Below, one piece after another: positions 33,484 to 43,276 of a DNA stretch of 64,000 bases. The DNA lies in contig CABMGE010000010.1 in the NCBI GenBank assembly GCA_902385625.1, positions 39,589 through 103,588 of the forward strand. Direction: 5' to 3'. The translations under genes and the position numbers were made by a program. Source of the DNA: an uncultured archaeon. Lineage in GTDB: Archaea > Nanobdellota > Nanobdellia > Pacearchaeales > GW2011-AR1. The stretch's first letter is position 1. Each line of letters starts with the position of its first letter. The notes under the pieces are model-generated. The model was not told the DNA's origin. It did no database searches and was given only the letters and a program-made list of their open reading frames with translations.

Positions 33484-33702
33484 ATGAAAAAAAAGATGTG
33501 GACGATTATTGTTATAATTGTTATTTTAATTATTCTAGTTATTGTAGGGCTTTTTCTTTTGAATAATCGAGGATTGTCATCGGGAGGAACTGGTTTGGAT
33601 TTTTCATCTGGAACAAAAGTTTTGGATAATATTGGCGAAGCAACTGATAAAAATTCTTTTGATAATGTTAAATTAAATCCATTTAATAATAATAGCGGAT
33701 GA
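33484..33702 (+). CDS. small signal-anchored protein
   Basis: 72 aa with one strong N-terminal TM helix; same strand as the following secreted protein. Confidence 0.45.
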   Translation: MKKKMWTIIVIIVILIILVIVGLFLLNNRGLSSGGTGLDFSSGTKVLDNIGEATDKNSFDNVKLNPFNNNSG

Positions 33703-33757
33703 AAAAAATATTTCACATTTTTAGTATTTTAAAATTCAAAAAAGAGAAATTATTAAA

Positions 33758-35032
33758 ATGAAAAAAATAATAATTATATTTGCTTTTGCATTATTCGTTT
33801 TATTGATTAATAATGTTTATGCAGCTTTGTCTGATGTTAAATATCCTGTAACTCTACTTGGAAACTGCAATTCTCAAATAGAATGTGAAAGGTATTGCGA
33901 TGATTCATCTAATATGGAAGCATGTCTCAATTTTGCAGAAACAAATGGGATCATGACATCACAGGAACTTAATGAAGCAAGAAAAGTAGTGCCTTTAATT
34001 AAGCAGGGACAAGGTCCTGGAGGATGTAAAAATAAAAATGAATGTAAAAATTATTGTGATAATGATGCAAATTTAAATGAATGTATTGAATTTGCAAAAA
34101 AAGCAGGACTTATTTCAGGAGAGGAATATGAAATGGTAAAAAAAACAGGAGGAATTGGTCCTGGAGGATGTAAAGGAAAAGAAGAGTGTGATAAATTCTG
34201 TGAAGATGAAGCTAATTTTAATGTATGTGTTGACTTTGCGGTTAAAAATGGACTTATCGATCCAAAAGAGGCTGAGATGGCAAAGAAAACTGGTGGAAAA
34301 GGACCTGGAGGATGTAAAGGAAAAGAAGAGTGTGATAAATTCTGTGAAGATGAAGCTAATTTTAATATTTGTTTAGAATTTGGAAAGGAACATGGACTTA
34401 TGAATGATGAAGAATATGAAATGGCAAAAAAGTCTGGCGGAAGTAAAGGGCCGGGAGGATGTAAAGGAAAAGAAGAGTGTGATTCATTTTGTAAAAATAA
34501 AGAAAATAAAAAAATTTGTGATGATTTTGCATCTGAACACGGTATAGAGGATTATAAAAATCAACAAACTGGACCGGGTGGACTTGGAGGATGTAAGGGT
34601 GAAGAAGAGTGCAAGGCTTTTTGTAATGATCCGGCTAATACACAAATATGTATGGAGGATGCGGTTCGCCAAGGTAAAATGCCACAAGAAGAATATGATA
34701 GATTTTTACAAGATAGAGACAGGGCTATGCAACCAAAAGAAGGAAGTTCTGAACCGGGGGCTATGGAATGTGAAAGTCAATGTGAAAACAGGCCCGGACA
34801 AAGAATAACTGGAACAAATTGGGTCAATGGTAAATGTGAATGTTATTATGAAAATATTGAAGAACCACAACAAGGAGACCGAGATCAGACACAGCCAGAA
34901 GGAGAAGTGGGAGATGGCTCTGAATCAGGATCAAATGAAGGTGCTCTGATTAGTGGAAATGTAGTTTCAGAAAAAAATTCTGGAAATAATTTGTTAATTA
35001 AAATTATTAAATGGGCTTGGGATTTGAAATAA
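33758..35032 (+). CDS. secreted Cys-rich tandem-repeat protein
   Basis: Signal peptide; about six ~48-aa units GPGGCKGKEECxxFCxDxANxxxCxxFAxxxGL...EMAKKTGG. Confidence 0.75.
   Translation: MKKIIIIFAFALFVLLINNVYAALSDVKYPVTLLGNCNSQIECERYCDDSSNMEACLNFAETNGIMTSQELNEARKVVPLIKQGQGPGGCKNKNECKNYCDNDANLNECIEFAKKAGLISGEEYEMVKKTGGIGPGGCKGKEECDKFCEDEANFNVCVDFAVKNGLIDPKEAEMAKKTGGKGPGGCKGKEECDKFCEDEANFNICLEFGKEHGLMNDEEYEMAKKSGGSKGPGGCKGKEECDSFCKNKENKKICDDFASEHGIEDYKNQQTGPGGLGGCKGEEECKAFCNDPANTQICMEDAVRQGKMPQEEYDRFLQDRDRAMQPKEGSSEPGAMECESQCENRPGQRITGTNWVNGKCECYYENIEEPQQGDRDQTQPEGEVGDGSESGSNEGALISGNVVSEKNSGNNLLIKIIKWAWDLK
34160..34366 (+). repeat. in-frame tandem DNA repeat (period 144 bp) inside the Cys-rich protein gene
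   Basis: 63-bp block CCTGGAGGATGTAAAGGAAAAGAAGAGTGTGATAAATTCTGTGAAGATGAAGCTAATTTTAAT is identical at 34160-34222 and 34304-34366. Confidence 0.85.
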
Positions 35033-35039
35033 AATAGAT

Positions 35040-35474
35040 TTATTCAAGCCTTTCAAATTTTCGAAGTTCTAGAACAATAATTGTAATAAGGGTTGTAAAA
35101 ACTGCAACAATATAAAGGCCTATCCCTGCTGCAATACCTATTGCTGCAACAGCCCAAACAGCTGCTGCATTTGTAAGACCCATTACTTTTTTTTCTGATG
35201 CAATTATTGTACCTGCTCCAATAAAACCAATTCCAGTCATTATAGATGCTGCAAGTCTTATTGGGTCTGCTGGAAAAAGAATAACTCCAATTGAAGTTAT
35301 AAGAGCTGTTCCAACACAAACTAGTGCATGAGTTCTAAGTCCTGCTGCACCATGATTGTTAGTTTTTGTCTTTACTTTCTGTCTTTCAATTCCGATTAAT
35401 AATCCTAAAAGTAGGGAAAGAAGGATTCTTATGATTATTGTAAACTGGTTTTCTAAAGTTATTATATTTTGCAT
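35040..35474 (-). CDS. MgtC/SapB family membrane protein
   Basis: LLSLLLGLLIGIERQ signature, four TM helices. Confidence 0.75.
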   Translation of the reverse strand: MQNIITLENQFTIIIRILLSLLLGLLIGIERQKVKTKTNNHGAAGLRTHALVCVGTALITSIGVILFPADPIRLAASIMTGIGFIGAGTIIASEKKVMGLTNAAAVWAVAAIGIAAGIGLYIVAVFTTLITIIVLELRKFERLE

Positions 35475-35558
35475 GTTGTTTTAAGATATCAGAACTCTTA
35501 TTCCCTTGGGGCAAATATATACTGCAAAATATGCTTTAAAAATCTAATGGTTAAACAT

Positions 35559-35630
35559 ATTGCTCAGATTTGATTTACAGATCTTCGCAAGATAAGATAC
35601 CTGACAACTTGAAAGTGAATTTCAAATCAT
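35559..35630. other. conserved intergenic element, copy 1 (candidate sRNA or regulatory element)
   Basis: Shares ATTGCTCAGATT..ATCTTCGCAA.ATAAGATACCT..TTGAAAGT.AATTTCAAAT with 37021-37086; contains a TTGAAA/TTTCAA hairpin. Confidence 0.35.
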
Positions 35631-35723
35631 CAACAAATGTATATCAAGATTATATAACCCTCGAATATAAGCCATTATTCAGTACTAATACACTCTTATA
35701 AACCAAAAAAATCTCTTGCTTAT

Positions 35724-35981
35724 ATGAATAACTCTAAAAAAACAGACTTGGAGCAAATTGCAGGAGAATTTTTGGTAAAAGCAGCACTTTCTAAACAATT
35801 TAGCTTTTCAGAGTCTGTTGAATCATTAAAAGACAATAATTCTGAGTTAAGAGACTACTTAATTTCCAGGAAATATGTTGAAAAGACTACTGATTTACAT
35901 AGTCCTTACAAGATAACTAAGTTAGGAAGAGGATGTGGTGCAGAATACTCGCGAAAACAAAGAGAATCAAAAAGTGATTAG
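35724..35981 (+). CDS. hypothetical protein
   Basis: 85-aa ORF; no motif. Confidence 0.4.
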   Translation: MNNSKKTDLEQIAGEFLVKAALSKQFSFSESVESLKDNNSELRDYLISRKYVEKTTDLHSPYKITKLGRGCGAEYSRKQRESKSD

Positions 35982-36088
35982 TTTAACTACCAATAGGTAA
36001 ATAAAAAAATTATATTTAAGGAAATATTAATATTTTTAAAATAAACTTACCCTATAATATCAACCTAAATTAATGTAAGGAGGTTAAA

Positions 36089-36430
36089 ATGAATTTAAAA
36101 GAATTAGTAATGGGAGCAACTGTCGCAGCAACATCAAGCCTTAGTATGGCATACTCAGCTGATGCTCATCAAGTAGTTTATGTTCCTGTACAAGTACCAG
36201 CTCAAGTTATTGTAGAAAAGCATGACTGGTATCCTGGAAAAGCAGCTGTAAAATCAGTAGAAGGTGTTGCAAAAGGTGTTCACGAAGTTCGTAAAGGCCA
36301 TTTGTACAGAGCCCTTGACAGAGTTGAATCAAGAGAACATCCTAAGGTAAGGTATGTTCCATATCCTGCAACTATAATGCCTCAGCAGCAAATTATGCCT
36401 GCTCCTGCACCAAATCCAGCTTACAGATAA
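36089..36430 (+). CDS. small secreted protein
   Basis: Strong SD (AAGGAGGTTAAAATG); signal-peptide-like N-terminus ending SMAYSADA. Confidence 0.55.
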   Translation: MNLKELVMGATVAATSSLSMAYSADAHQVVYVPVQVPAQVIVEKHDWYPGKAAVKSVEGVAKGVHEVRKGHLYRALDRVESREHPKVRYVPYPATIMPQQQIMPAPAPNPAYR

Positions 36431-36450
36431 ATTTTTTTATTTTTTATTTA

Positions 36451-36972
36451 TTATCTTTTTACTTCTTTTCCACCGACAATAAATGTGGAAGGTTTACCAT
36501 TAAGTTCTCCGTAATCTATAACATGATCAACACCCTCTAAAATCTCAGGAGGAGTGTCTGAGATTTTTGTTATAAATGGTTCTCCTGCAAGATTAACTGA
36601 AGTTGTTATAAATGGAATATTTGCTTCCTGGATTATTTTTGTAAACTCATGATCTGGAATTCTTACTCCAATCATTTCATTTCCTGATACATGTGATAAA
36701 AATTTCGGATCTTTCTTTTTTAATAATAGAGTATATGGTCCTGGAAGGTATTTATCAATTTCGCAGTCAATTATTAAATGTTCTTTTATCCAACCAATAG
36801 ATGGAGCAATTAGTGAAAGAGGTCTTGCAGCATCTCTTTCTTTTATCTCCTTTATTTTTTCAACTGCAGCTTTATTTTCTGCATTGCAACCTATTCCATA
36901 AATTGTATCAGTAGGATAAATGAATATTTTTCCTTTTTGCATTGATCTTATTAGTTTTTCTTTGTCTTCCAT
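36451..36972 (-). CDS. tsaC: threonylcarbamoyl-AMP synthase, short YrdC/TsaC type
   Basis: IFIYPTDTIYGIGCNA, ARPLSLI, VRIP, TSVNLAGEP. The track ORF N-terminus (to 37065) covers a repeated intergenic element, so ATG 36972 is preferred. Confidence 0.75.
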   Translation of the reverse strand: MEDKEKLIRSMQKGKIFIYPTDTIYGIGCNAENKAAVEKIKEIKERDAARPLSLIAPSIGWIKEHLIIDCEIDKYLPGPYTLLLKKKDPKFLSHVSGNEMIGVRIPDHEFTKIIQEANIPFITTSVNLAGEPFITKISDTPPEILEGVDHVIDYGELNGKPSTFIVGGKEVKR

Positions 36973-37020
36973 AAACAATCTAAGAAAATGAGGGCTTAAA
37001 AGAATTTGGATTGTTAAAAA

Positions 37021-37086
37021 ATTGCTCAGATTATCAAATCTTCGCAAAATAAGATACCTAACCATTTGAAAGTAAATTTCAAATAG
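37021..37086. other. conserved intergenic element, copy 2
   Basis: See 35559-35630. The 19-nt GATTGTTAAAAAATTGCTC is also repeated at 37010-28 and 37113-31. Confidence 0.35.
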
Positions 37087-37138
37087 TTACTTATCAGCTT
37101 AATAAAAAACATGATTGTTAAAAAATTGCTCGAATTTA

Positions 37139-37870
37139 TTATATTTCTTCGCTATGATAAGATTTGACAGTTTTTTCTGCATTTTTGAAGGTTTCCTCAT
37201 AAATATGCGCATCTGCAATCATTCCATCTAAAAATCCTGTTTTAACTTTTTTATTTAGTATCTTGGTTAACTCTTCTGCAATATGACTTGAAAGTTTGGC
37301 AATTGAGATAAAATTTCCATGAGATTTTTGGTAGGCATCAATTGATCTTGCATAAAAGTTAGTGTTTAAGATATATCCTTCTTTATCTTCCACGAGTCTA
37401 AACTGAATAGAAACAATACAGGGAAGATAATCATTAATGTACTGATCGTCAAATATTTTTGCATAATCTTCATAAGTTGGAAATACTATAATTGCTTTTT
37501 TGCTCTCAGGTATTTTTGATAATCTTTTTATTACGAACTCTATCATTCTCCCTTCGACTATTCTTTGATGATAGCTTTTTGCACCTTTTTGGAAGCTTTT
37601 TACAACATCAATATCTTCGATTATATCTTTACTCATAGTAAAATCTATCATAGCATTAAGTTTTTCTTGATCTGCATATTTATTTATTATTTTATCGTTT
37701 GTTTCCTGTGACTCTGATTTTATTCTAACATTAACTAGTGCTTTTCTTTTTCTTTTCTCATCATAACTTATTTCACCATTCTTAAGTATGGCTTCAACTA
37801 AAGAAATCCAGATTTCCCCAAGACTATTTCCATAAATGTTATAGCCTATATTTTCAATATTTTTTATCAT
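37139..37870 (-). CDS. thymidylate synthase (ThyA)-like protein
   Basis: DYLPCIVSIQFRL ... FYARSIDAYQKSHGNF parallels LPPCH..QFYV ... YQRS.D...G.PFN. Confidence 0.6.
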   Translation of the reverse strand: MIKNIENIGYNIYGNSLGEIWISLVEAILKNGEISYDEKRKRKALVNVRIKSESQETNDKIINKYADQEKLNAMIDFTMSKDIIEDIDVVKSFQKGAKSYHQRIVEGRMIEFVIKRLSKIPESKKAIIVFPTYEDYAKIFDDQYINDYLPCIVSIQFRLVEDKEGYILNTNFYARSIDAYQKSHGNFISIAKLSSHIAEELTKILNKKVKTGFLDGMIADAHIYEETFKNAEKTVKSYHSEEI

Positions 37871-37943
37871 AGTCCTGACAAAAATAAAACGGTTTAAATA
37901 ATTTTCTTAAGTCGATTTTTAAGATTAGGTTTAAATATTACTT

Positions 37944-38201
37944 ATGATTCAAGAGTTTATGCTTAACTATTTATTTTATCTAATAATACTGGTGCTTGGA
38001 GTTCTAGCAGGAGTTATACTTGAAAAACTATGCAAGGATGAAGTTCAGGCATGGAAAAAGAGATTAACAATACTAAGTATATTTTCTTTAGCTGGATCAT
38101 TTATAGTTTTTTTTATCAATTTTGAATATAAACTCCCAATAATAATAACTTTTATGTTTATTATTGTAACAAGTACAACAATAATTTGGAAAATTCGATA
38201 A
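37944..38201 (+). CDS. small membrane protein
   Basis: 85 aa, three hydrophobic segments. Confidence 0.45.
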   Translation: MIQEFMLNYLFYLIILVLGVLAGVILEKLCKDEVQAWKKRLTILSIFSLAGSFIVFFINFEYKLPIIITFMFIIVTSTTIIWKIR

Positions 38202-38226
38202 AAATTCTATGGATCAGTTTAAGAAT

Positions 38227-38646
38227 TTACTTTAGGATATAATCCAGACCCTGTGGCAAATCACCATAGGTTTCTTTATCTACAAATGTTGTTGCTCCTG
38301 CTTCTAATGCTTCTTCTCTTGACATGCAATAAAGATGAGTCAGACAAATAACAGGAACTTGGGAAGTTTTTCTCATTGGCGAGAGAAAATCTTCTATTCC
38401 TGATCTATCTTTTTTATTTAAGGGATTTGAATTAGGGTCTAAAACAACTAAGTCTATTCTTTCCTTCTCAAGTAACTTAAGACCTTCTTCTGGGAAGTTT
38501 TTATAATAGAAGTTTAGTTTAGGAGTTTTTCCATTTCTCCTGGATAAGTATTTTATTATCTCAATCCTAGTTACTTCTCCGTCTCCAAAATAGTCATCAA
38601 TTATTAATATATTTAATTCTGAAGGAGAATTGTTAGTTTGAGTCAT
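38227..38646 (-). CDS. stand-alone CheY-like receiver domain protein
   Basis: ILIIDD acidic pocket, DLVVLDPN, VICLTH, FVDKE. Confidence 0.55.
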   Translation of the reverse strand: MTQTNNSPSELNILIIDDYFGDGEVTRIEIIKYLSRRNGKTPKLNFYYKNFPEEGLKLLEKERIDLVVLDPNSNPLNKKDRSGIEDFLSPMRKTSQVPVICLTHLYCMSREEALEAGATTFVDKETYGDLPQGLDYILK

Positions 38647-38649
38647 TTT

Positions 38650-39195
38650 TTATTCTAATAAAACTGCTGCTGCAATTACAGTGGTCCAAAGACCATCTTT
38701 ATGCCCTTCGCAAGACTGACAAACGCTTGTTGTTTTGAAAATCTGGCCACTTGCCTTGTAAACTTGTTCTCGTTCTTCCCAAGCAGTATCTGAATTAAAC
38801 TCAATTCCAAGAGTTGTTGCAAGCATCGAAGCTGCTAAATCTTCTGCATAATCTCCTGCTTTTTTTGCAGTAACTCCATATGCATGATGCTCTGATAAAT
38901 AACCATAATGCTTATCATTTTCTTTTGGAACTGCAACACCAATTGCGCTTGCAATTAGTCTATTAGGCTCATTTGTTTCCATTCTTGCCATTACACAAAA
39001 GGCTATTTGTCCTGGGCAAAGTGATTTTAACCCATCATCTTTTTGAATAATTTTGCAATTAGGTGGAAGAATACTAGAAACATAAACTAAATTACACTTT
39101 TCAATTCCTGCATCACGAAGTGCTGCTTCAAAAGAAGCGAGTTTGTCTTTATGAACTCCTACTCCCTTAGTGAAAAATAACTTAGTTGGAACCAT
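38650..39195 (-). CDS. pdaD: pyruvoyl-dependent arginine decarboxylase
   Basis: [13 protein letters not shown]...VYVSSILPP (Ser-Ser self-cleavage site). Confidence 0.85.
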   Translation of the reverse strand: MVPTKLFFTKGVGVHKDKLASFEAALRDAGIEKCNLVYVSSILPPNCKIIQKDDGLKSLCPGQIAFCVMARMETNEPNRLIASAIGVAVPKENDKHYGYLSEHHAYGVTAKKAGDYAEDLAASMLATTLGIEFNSDTAWEEREQVYKASGQIFKTTSVCQSCEGHKDGLWTTVIAAAVLLE

Positions 39196-39308
39196 TTCTC
39201 AAAATTTATAATTTTTTTAAATATATCAGCGTTTTTAAAGTTTTTTATTTGGTAATTTTTATAGACGAAAGTTAAATTCAAAAATTTAACAAAAAATGCA
39301 GAATAATC

Positions 39309-39740
39309 TTAAAATCCATACACTAGTTTTATACAAGCGTCTTCATCAGGAATAAGAGGAAGTAAAAGAGCGTCTTTCGGACTCGCCCAAATAAAATCTT
39401 TATGCTCTATTGGATTTAAGGTAACCTTTTCTTTTTTATCTAGACTTGCCCTAAACATGTGATAGATAAAATCAAATTCAGGATAACGAACAAAAACCAT
39501 TCCAAAATAGTCTGCATTATTATCATGAATAAATATTCCTGTTTCTTCCCTGACTTCTCTTATCATTGCAACTAAAGGACTTTCGCCATTATCCAACTTT
39601 CCTGCAGGAACTCCCCAGTGATTTCCATAGGGTTTTTTATCCTGCCTTAAAATATAAAGCGCATCCTCTTCATGCTCTAAAAAGCAACTTGCTACTTCAA
39701 ATTTACTTTTAAAATTAATTGGCTCTGTTAAATGTATCAT
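39309..39740 (-). CDS. Nudix hydrolase
   Basis: Nudix box PAGKLDNGESPLVAMIREVREETGI. Confidence 0.75.
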   Translation of the reverse strand: MIHLTEPINFKSKFEVASCFLEHEEDALYILRQDKKPYGNHWGVPAGKLDNGESPLVAMIREVREETGIFIHDNNADYFGMVFVRYPEFDFIYHMFRASLDKKEKVTLNPIEHKDFIWASPKDALLLPLIPDEDACIKLVYGF

Positions 39741-39826
39741 TTAGTATTAGAAATTGTACTCCTTAAAAGCATAATTGTAGAAAAGTATATAGTTAGTTTT
39801 ATTAACGCTTTTATTCTATTTCTTTT

Positions 39827-40549
39827 ATGTTATATCTAATTGGTCTTGGCCTTAATGAAAAGGGGATAACCCTTGAAGGAAAAGAAGCTATTAAAAAATG
39901 CGATAAGATTTACCTGGAAGGATATACTGTTGATTTTCCGTATTCTATTCCCAAACTAGAGGGATTTATTGACAAAAAAATTGTAAAACTTGGAAGAGGA
40001 GATGTTGAAAGTAATAAACTTGTAAATGAAAGCAAAAAGCACAATGTTGCTCTTTTGGTCTATGGATGTCCATTATTTGCTACAACTCATATTAGTTTAC
40101 TTATGGACATGGAAAAAGCAGAGATTAAGACTAAAATAATATACTCAGCGAGTGTATTTGATGCAGTTGCTGAAAGTGGTTTGCAATTGTATAAATTTGG
40201 AAAAATATCCTCTATGCCAAGATGGCAGAAAAATTTTGAACCTGATTCATTTTTGGAATTTGTTTCCCAAAATAAAAGCATTGGAGCACACTCGCTTATA
40301 CTTATTGATATTGGTCTTGATTTTGACAGTGCACTTGATCAATTAGAAAAAGCATTGGAAAGTAGGAATATTAAAATTAACAAATTATTTGTTTGCTCGA
40401 GTATTGGAACTTCAAAATCCAAAATGATTTATGGAAAAATTGAAGATCTCAGAATTAAAGGGGGGAAAATAGATTTGCCCTATTGTTTTATTATTCCTGG
40501 AGAAATGCATTTTTTGGAAAAAGATGCTATTGAGAAATTTAGTATATAA
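39827..40549 (+). CDS. dphB: diphthine synthase
   Basis: MLYLIGLGLNEKGITLEG..., tetrapyrrole-methylase fold, archaeal/eukaryotic marker. Confidence 0.85.
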   Translation: MLYLIGLGLNEKGITLEGKEAIKKCDKIYLEGYTVDFPYSIPKLEGFIDKKIVKLGRGDVESNKLVNESKKHNVALLVYGCPLFATTHISLLMDMEKAEIKTKIIYSASVFDAVAESGLQLYKFGKISSMPRWQKNFEPDSFLEFVSQNKSIGAHSLILIDIGLDFDSALDQLEKALESRNIKINKLFVCSSIGTSKSKMIYGKIEDLRIKGGKIDLPYCFIIPGEMHFLEKDAIEKFSI

Positions 40550-40628
40550 ATTCCTCAAATGTTCGCTTCTTACGAAGCTTCATATATCAAAAGATTCAAT
40601 ATTTAAAGTTTCTAAACGGACTAAAAAA

Positions 40629-41060
40629 TTATGCAGGAATACTATATGCTTTTCCATTGATATAATCAATAGTAATCTGATTAATTTCTTCTTTTGAAAT
40701 TAATTTTTTGGCTTTTGGAAAAACATTTTTCTCTTCTTCATGAATATGATGCTCAACCATATCCATTAATACCTTTAGTTTTGGCTTAAACTCTTCCTCA
40801 TCCATTTGCATATTCATTATTTCATTTAAAATCATCTTTGCATGCCTATGTTCTTCATAAGATTCTAAAATCAAATCCCTTAGTTCTTCATGATCCTCTA
40901 AAACAGGGTAAATACATTCTTCTTCACCGTTAAGATGCGTCATTAAATCAGTCTTTATTATATCAAAATCTTCTTCTGAATTTTTTTTAAGAACATTTTT
41001 GAAGGCTTTTTTGACTGTATCATGCTCATCTTTTAAAATTGTGAATATGTTGTCTTTCAT
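40629..41060 (-). CDS. hemerythrin-like (HHE) domain protein
   Basis: Spaced H/E ligand pattern: DEHD, HLNGEEE, EEHRH, HHIHEEE. Confidence 0.7.
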   Translation of the reverse strand: MKDNIFTILKDEHDTVKKAFKNVLKKNSEEDFDIIKTDLMTHLNGEEECIYPVLEDHEELRDLILESYEEHRHAKMILNEIMNMQMDEEEFKPKLKVLMDMVEHHIHEEEKNVFPKAKKLISKEEINQITIDYINGKAYSIPA

Positions 41061-41201
41061 TTTATTATTAAATATCTGAAATATTAAAATTGGCGTAGCT
41101 ATAAAAAAACAACCTGATGAAGTTTATTTAGAAATCCTTAAAAACCATGTATTATTCTAATCTAAACCCGAAAAGGAAGAAGAGTTCTGATAAACTAAGA
41201 A

Positions 41202-41480
41202 ATGGTAAAAGCAAAAGATATTATAACCCATGGAATTCCAGCGGCAGTTGGAGCTGCAGGTATTTTTGCAATGGAATATTATGGAATTTCAAAATACTGG
41301 CAAGATGTTGCTCTTGCAAAAGCAGAAGTAACAGGGCAAATGGTAGGATCTTTCCAGGCAAATTTAGAGGTTGGGATGTCTTATGTTGGCCGCGGAGCAT
41401 CTGATGCTTTAGTTGGATTTGCAATTCCGGCATGGTTAACATTCTCAGGTCTAGAGAAGATTCTTGGAAGAAAATATTAA
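41202..41480 (+). CDS. small membrane protein
   Basis: 92 aa with hydrophobic segments; preferred over overlapping ORFs 41147..41404 and 41221..41442. Confidence 0.45.
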   Translation: MVKAKDIITHGIPAAVGAAGIFAMEYYGISKYWQDVALAKAEVTGQMVGSFQANLEVGMSYVGRGASDALVGFAIPAWLTFSGLEKILGRKY

Positions 41481-41641
41481 TCCTTCAAGATTTTATCAGG
41501 TGTATTTTTTTTACATCAAAACTATTTATAGATAAAACTACTAGTTATAATATCTTTTTTTGATATAATTTAATTTAGAGGTTGATCGATTTTTAATTGT
41601 TAAAAATATCAAAAAAATAATTAAATTTTTAGGAGGTTAAA

Positions 41642-41869
41642 ATGAAAAATAAATTATTTGGTTTGCTTTCAGTAATGTTAATTTTGAGTTTACTCACATT
41701 AACTTTGATTTCAGCTCAATGTGCTGATGCTTGCGGAGTTCCAATAGCTGCAGTTCCATGTGCAGTGCCTGTTCCAGTCGCTACTCCTGTTTCAGTTCCG
41801 GTAGCAGTACCCACACCAGTATCAGTTCCAGTGGCTGTTGCTACGCCCTGTGCTAGTCCTTGCCCATAG
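41642..41869 (+). CDS. small secreted P/V/A-rich protein with terminal Cys pairs
   Basis: Strong SD (TAGGAGGTTAAAATG); signal peptide; VPVPVATPVSVPVAVPTPVSVPVAVATP. Confidence 0.55.
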   Translation: MKNKLFGLLSVMLILSLLTLTLISAQCADACGVPIAAVPCAVPVPVATPVSVPVAVPTPVSVPVAVATPCASPCP

Positions 41870-42047
41870 GCAAGTTTAGACTGTAGCAAATTATCTTTAC
41901 TTATTTAATGGAAATATTTATTTCAAATTAATTTTTACAACTTAAGAAACTTTAAAATTTCCATTAAATATTTAAAAGTCGGTTTCACAAAAAAATAATA
42001 TTTCTTATTTAGCAAAATTTTATAACATCTTGGTTCTTTAATTTAAG

Positions 42048-42704
42048 ATGAAAAATATTAAAGAGAGTGAATTTAATTTAACTTCCGAAGAATTGAAATT
42101 ATTTAGAAGCCTCAATACTCCTGCAAAAATTCAGGACTTTATTAATAAAATTCCAATTAATTTTGAGGAGGATGGGAAAGATACATGCTATTCTCCAAGA
42201 AGAGTTTTAAAAGAGAATAAATGTCATTGTATTGAAGGAGCTATACTCGCTGCATTAATACTGCGAACCAATGGTTATCCACCTTTGCTTGTTGATTTAA
42301 CTGCTTCTTCAAAGGATTTTGATCATGTTATTGCAGTATTTCAGAAAGATGGTAAATGGGGGGCGATCGCCAAAACAAATCACTATTCCCTTAGATATAG
42401 AGAACCTGTTTATGAATCTATTAGAGAACTTGTAATGAGTTATTTTCATGAATATTTTAACATTGATGGGAAAAAAACATTAAGAAGTTATTCAAGTCCA
42501 GTTGATCTTAGTATATTTGATCATGAAAACTGGATGACAACACAAAAAGAAGTTTGGGAAATCCCAAATTACTTAGTTGAAGTAGAACATTTCCCAATTC
42601 TTACAAAAAGCCAGATTGCAAATCTTCGTGATGCAGATGAGATAGAGATTAAAGCAGGAGACTTAGTTGAATTTAAATCTGATAAAATGAAAAAAAATTT
42701 GTAA
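42048..42704 (+). CDS. hypothetical protein, possible transglutaminase/papain-fold Cys-His-Asp enzyme
   Basis: KCHCIEGAILAA ... FDHVIAVFQKDGKWGAI. Confidence 0.5.
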   Translation: MKNIKESEFNLTSEELKLFRSLNTPAKIQDFINKIPINFEEDGKDTCYSPRRVLKENKCHCIEGAILAALILRTNGYPPLLVDLTASSKDFDHVIAVFQKDGKWGAIAKTNHYSLRYREPVYESIRELVMSYFHEYFNIDGKKTLRSYSSPVDLSIFDHENWMTTQKEVWEIPNYLVEVEHFPILTKSQIANLRDADEIEIKAGDLVEFKSDKMKKNL

Positions 42705-42715
42705 GAATCTTTTAG

Positions 42716-43162
42716 TTACCAAGGATTGCTAAACCCATTTGTCTGGAATTCTATTAGTTGTTTTTTTAATAGAAACATATAATCTATTACTCTGTTAAAT
42801 CCTTTAATGTGAGAAAGATTTTCAATTGAATTTTCCAATAAATCTTGTTCGAGGATTCGGGGTTTATTATTTCGATAATAATATTTTTTTCCCTCTGTAT
42901 CAAAAATTGATACATCTTCATGAATCGCAATAATATCATCTAAATCCCTCATTATTAAATGAAAACCCAAATACCCGAATTCTTGATTATGTTTTACAAA
43001 CAGTGAATAAGTTCTTTTGCTTTTTTTATTCATAATTGCAGTTAAATCTTGATAATCAAATAATTTTAGTCTTCCAAAACTAGAAATATCATATATATGA
43101 TAAAAGGGATTTTTGACAGAATTAGATCCAGAGATAAGAGCACAAGCTAAAATTTTTATCAT
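42716..43162 (-). CDS. hypothetical protein
   Basis: 148-aa ORF; no motif. Confidence 0.5.
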   Translation of the reverse strand: MIKILACALISGSNSVKNPFYHIYDISSFGRLKLFDYQDLTAIMNKKSKRTYSLFVKHNQEFGYLGFHLIMRDLDDIIAIHEDVSIFDTEGKKYYYRNNKPRILEQDLLENSIENLSHIKGFNRVIDYMFLLKKQLIEFQTNGFSNPW

Positions 43163-43276
43163 ATTCTTGTGCTTTTAAATTATATTCAGCCATTTTTATA
43201 ACAAAAATATTTATTATATAAACCTATTTACTGATGATTTGAATACATTTTTATAGACTGTCTTCTTTATTAGTTT

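Noticed and set aside
35559-35630. Box C/D sRNA interpretation of the conserved intergenic element. On the minus strand it reads UGAUGA ... CUGA with a short terminal stem.
   Set aside because: The second copy (37021..37086) does not keep the C box in register, and I could not identify convincing internal C'/D' boxes. I kept it only as a generic candidate element.
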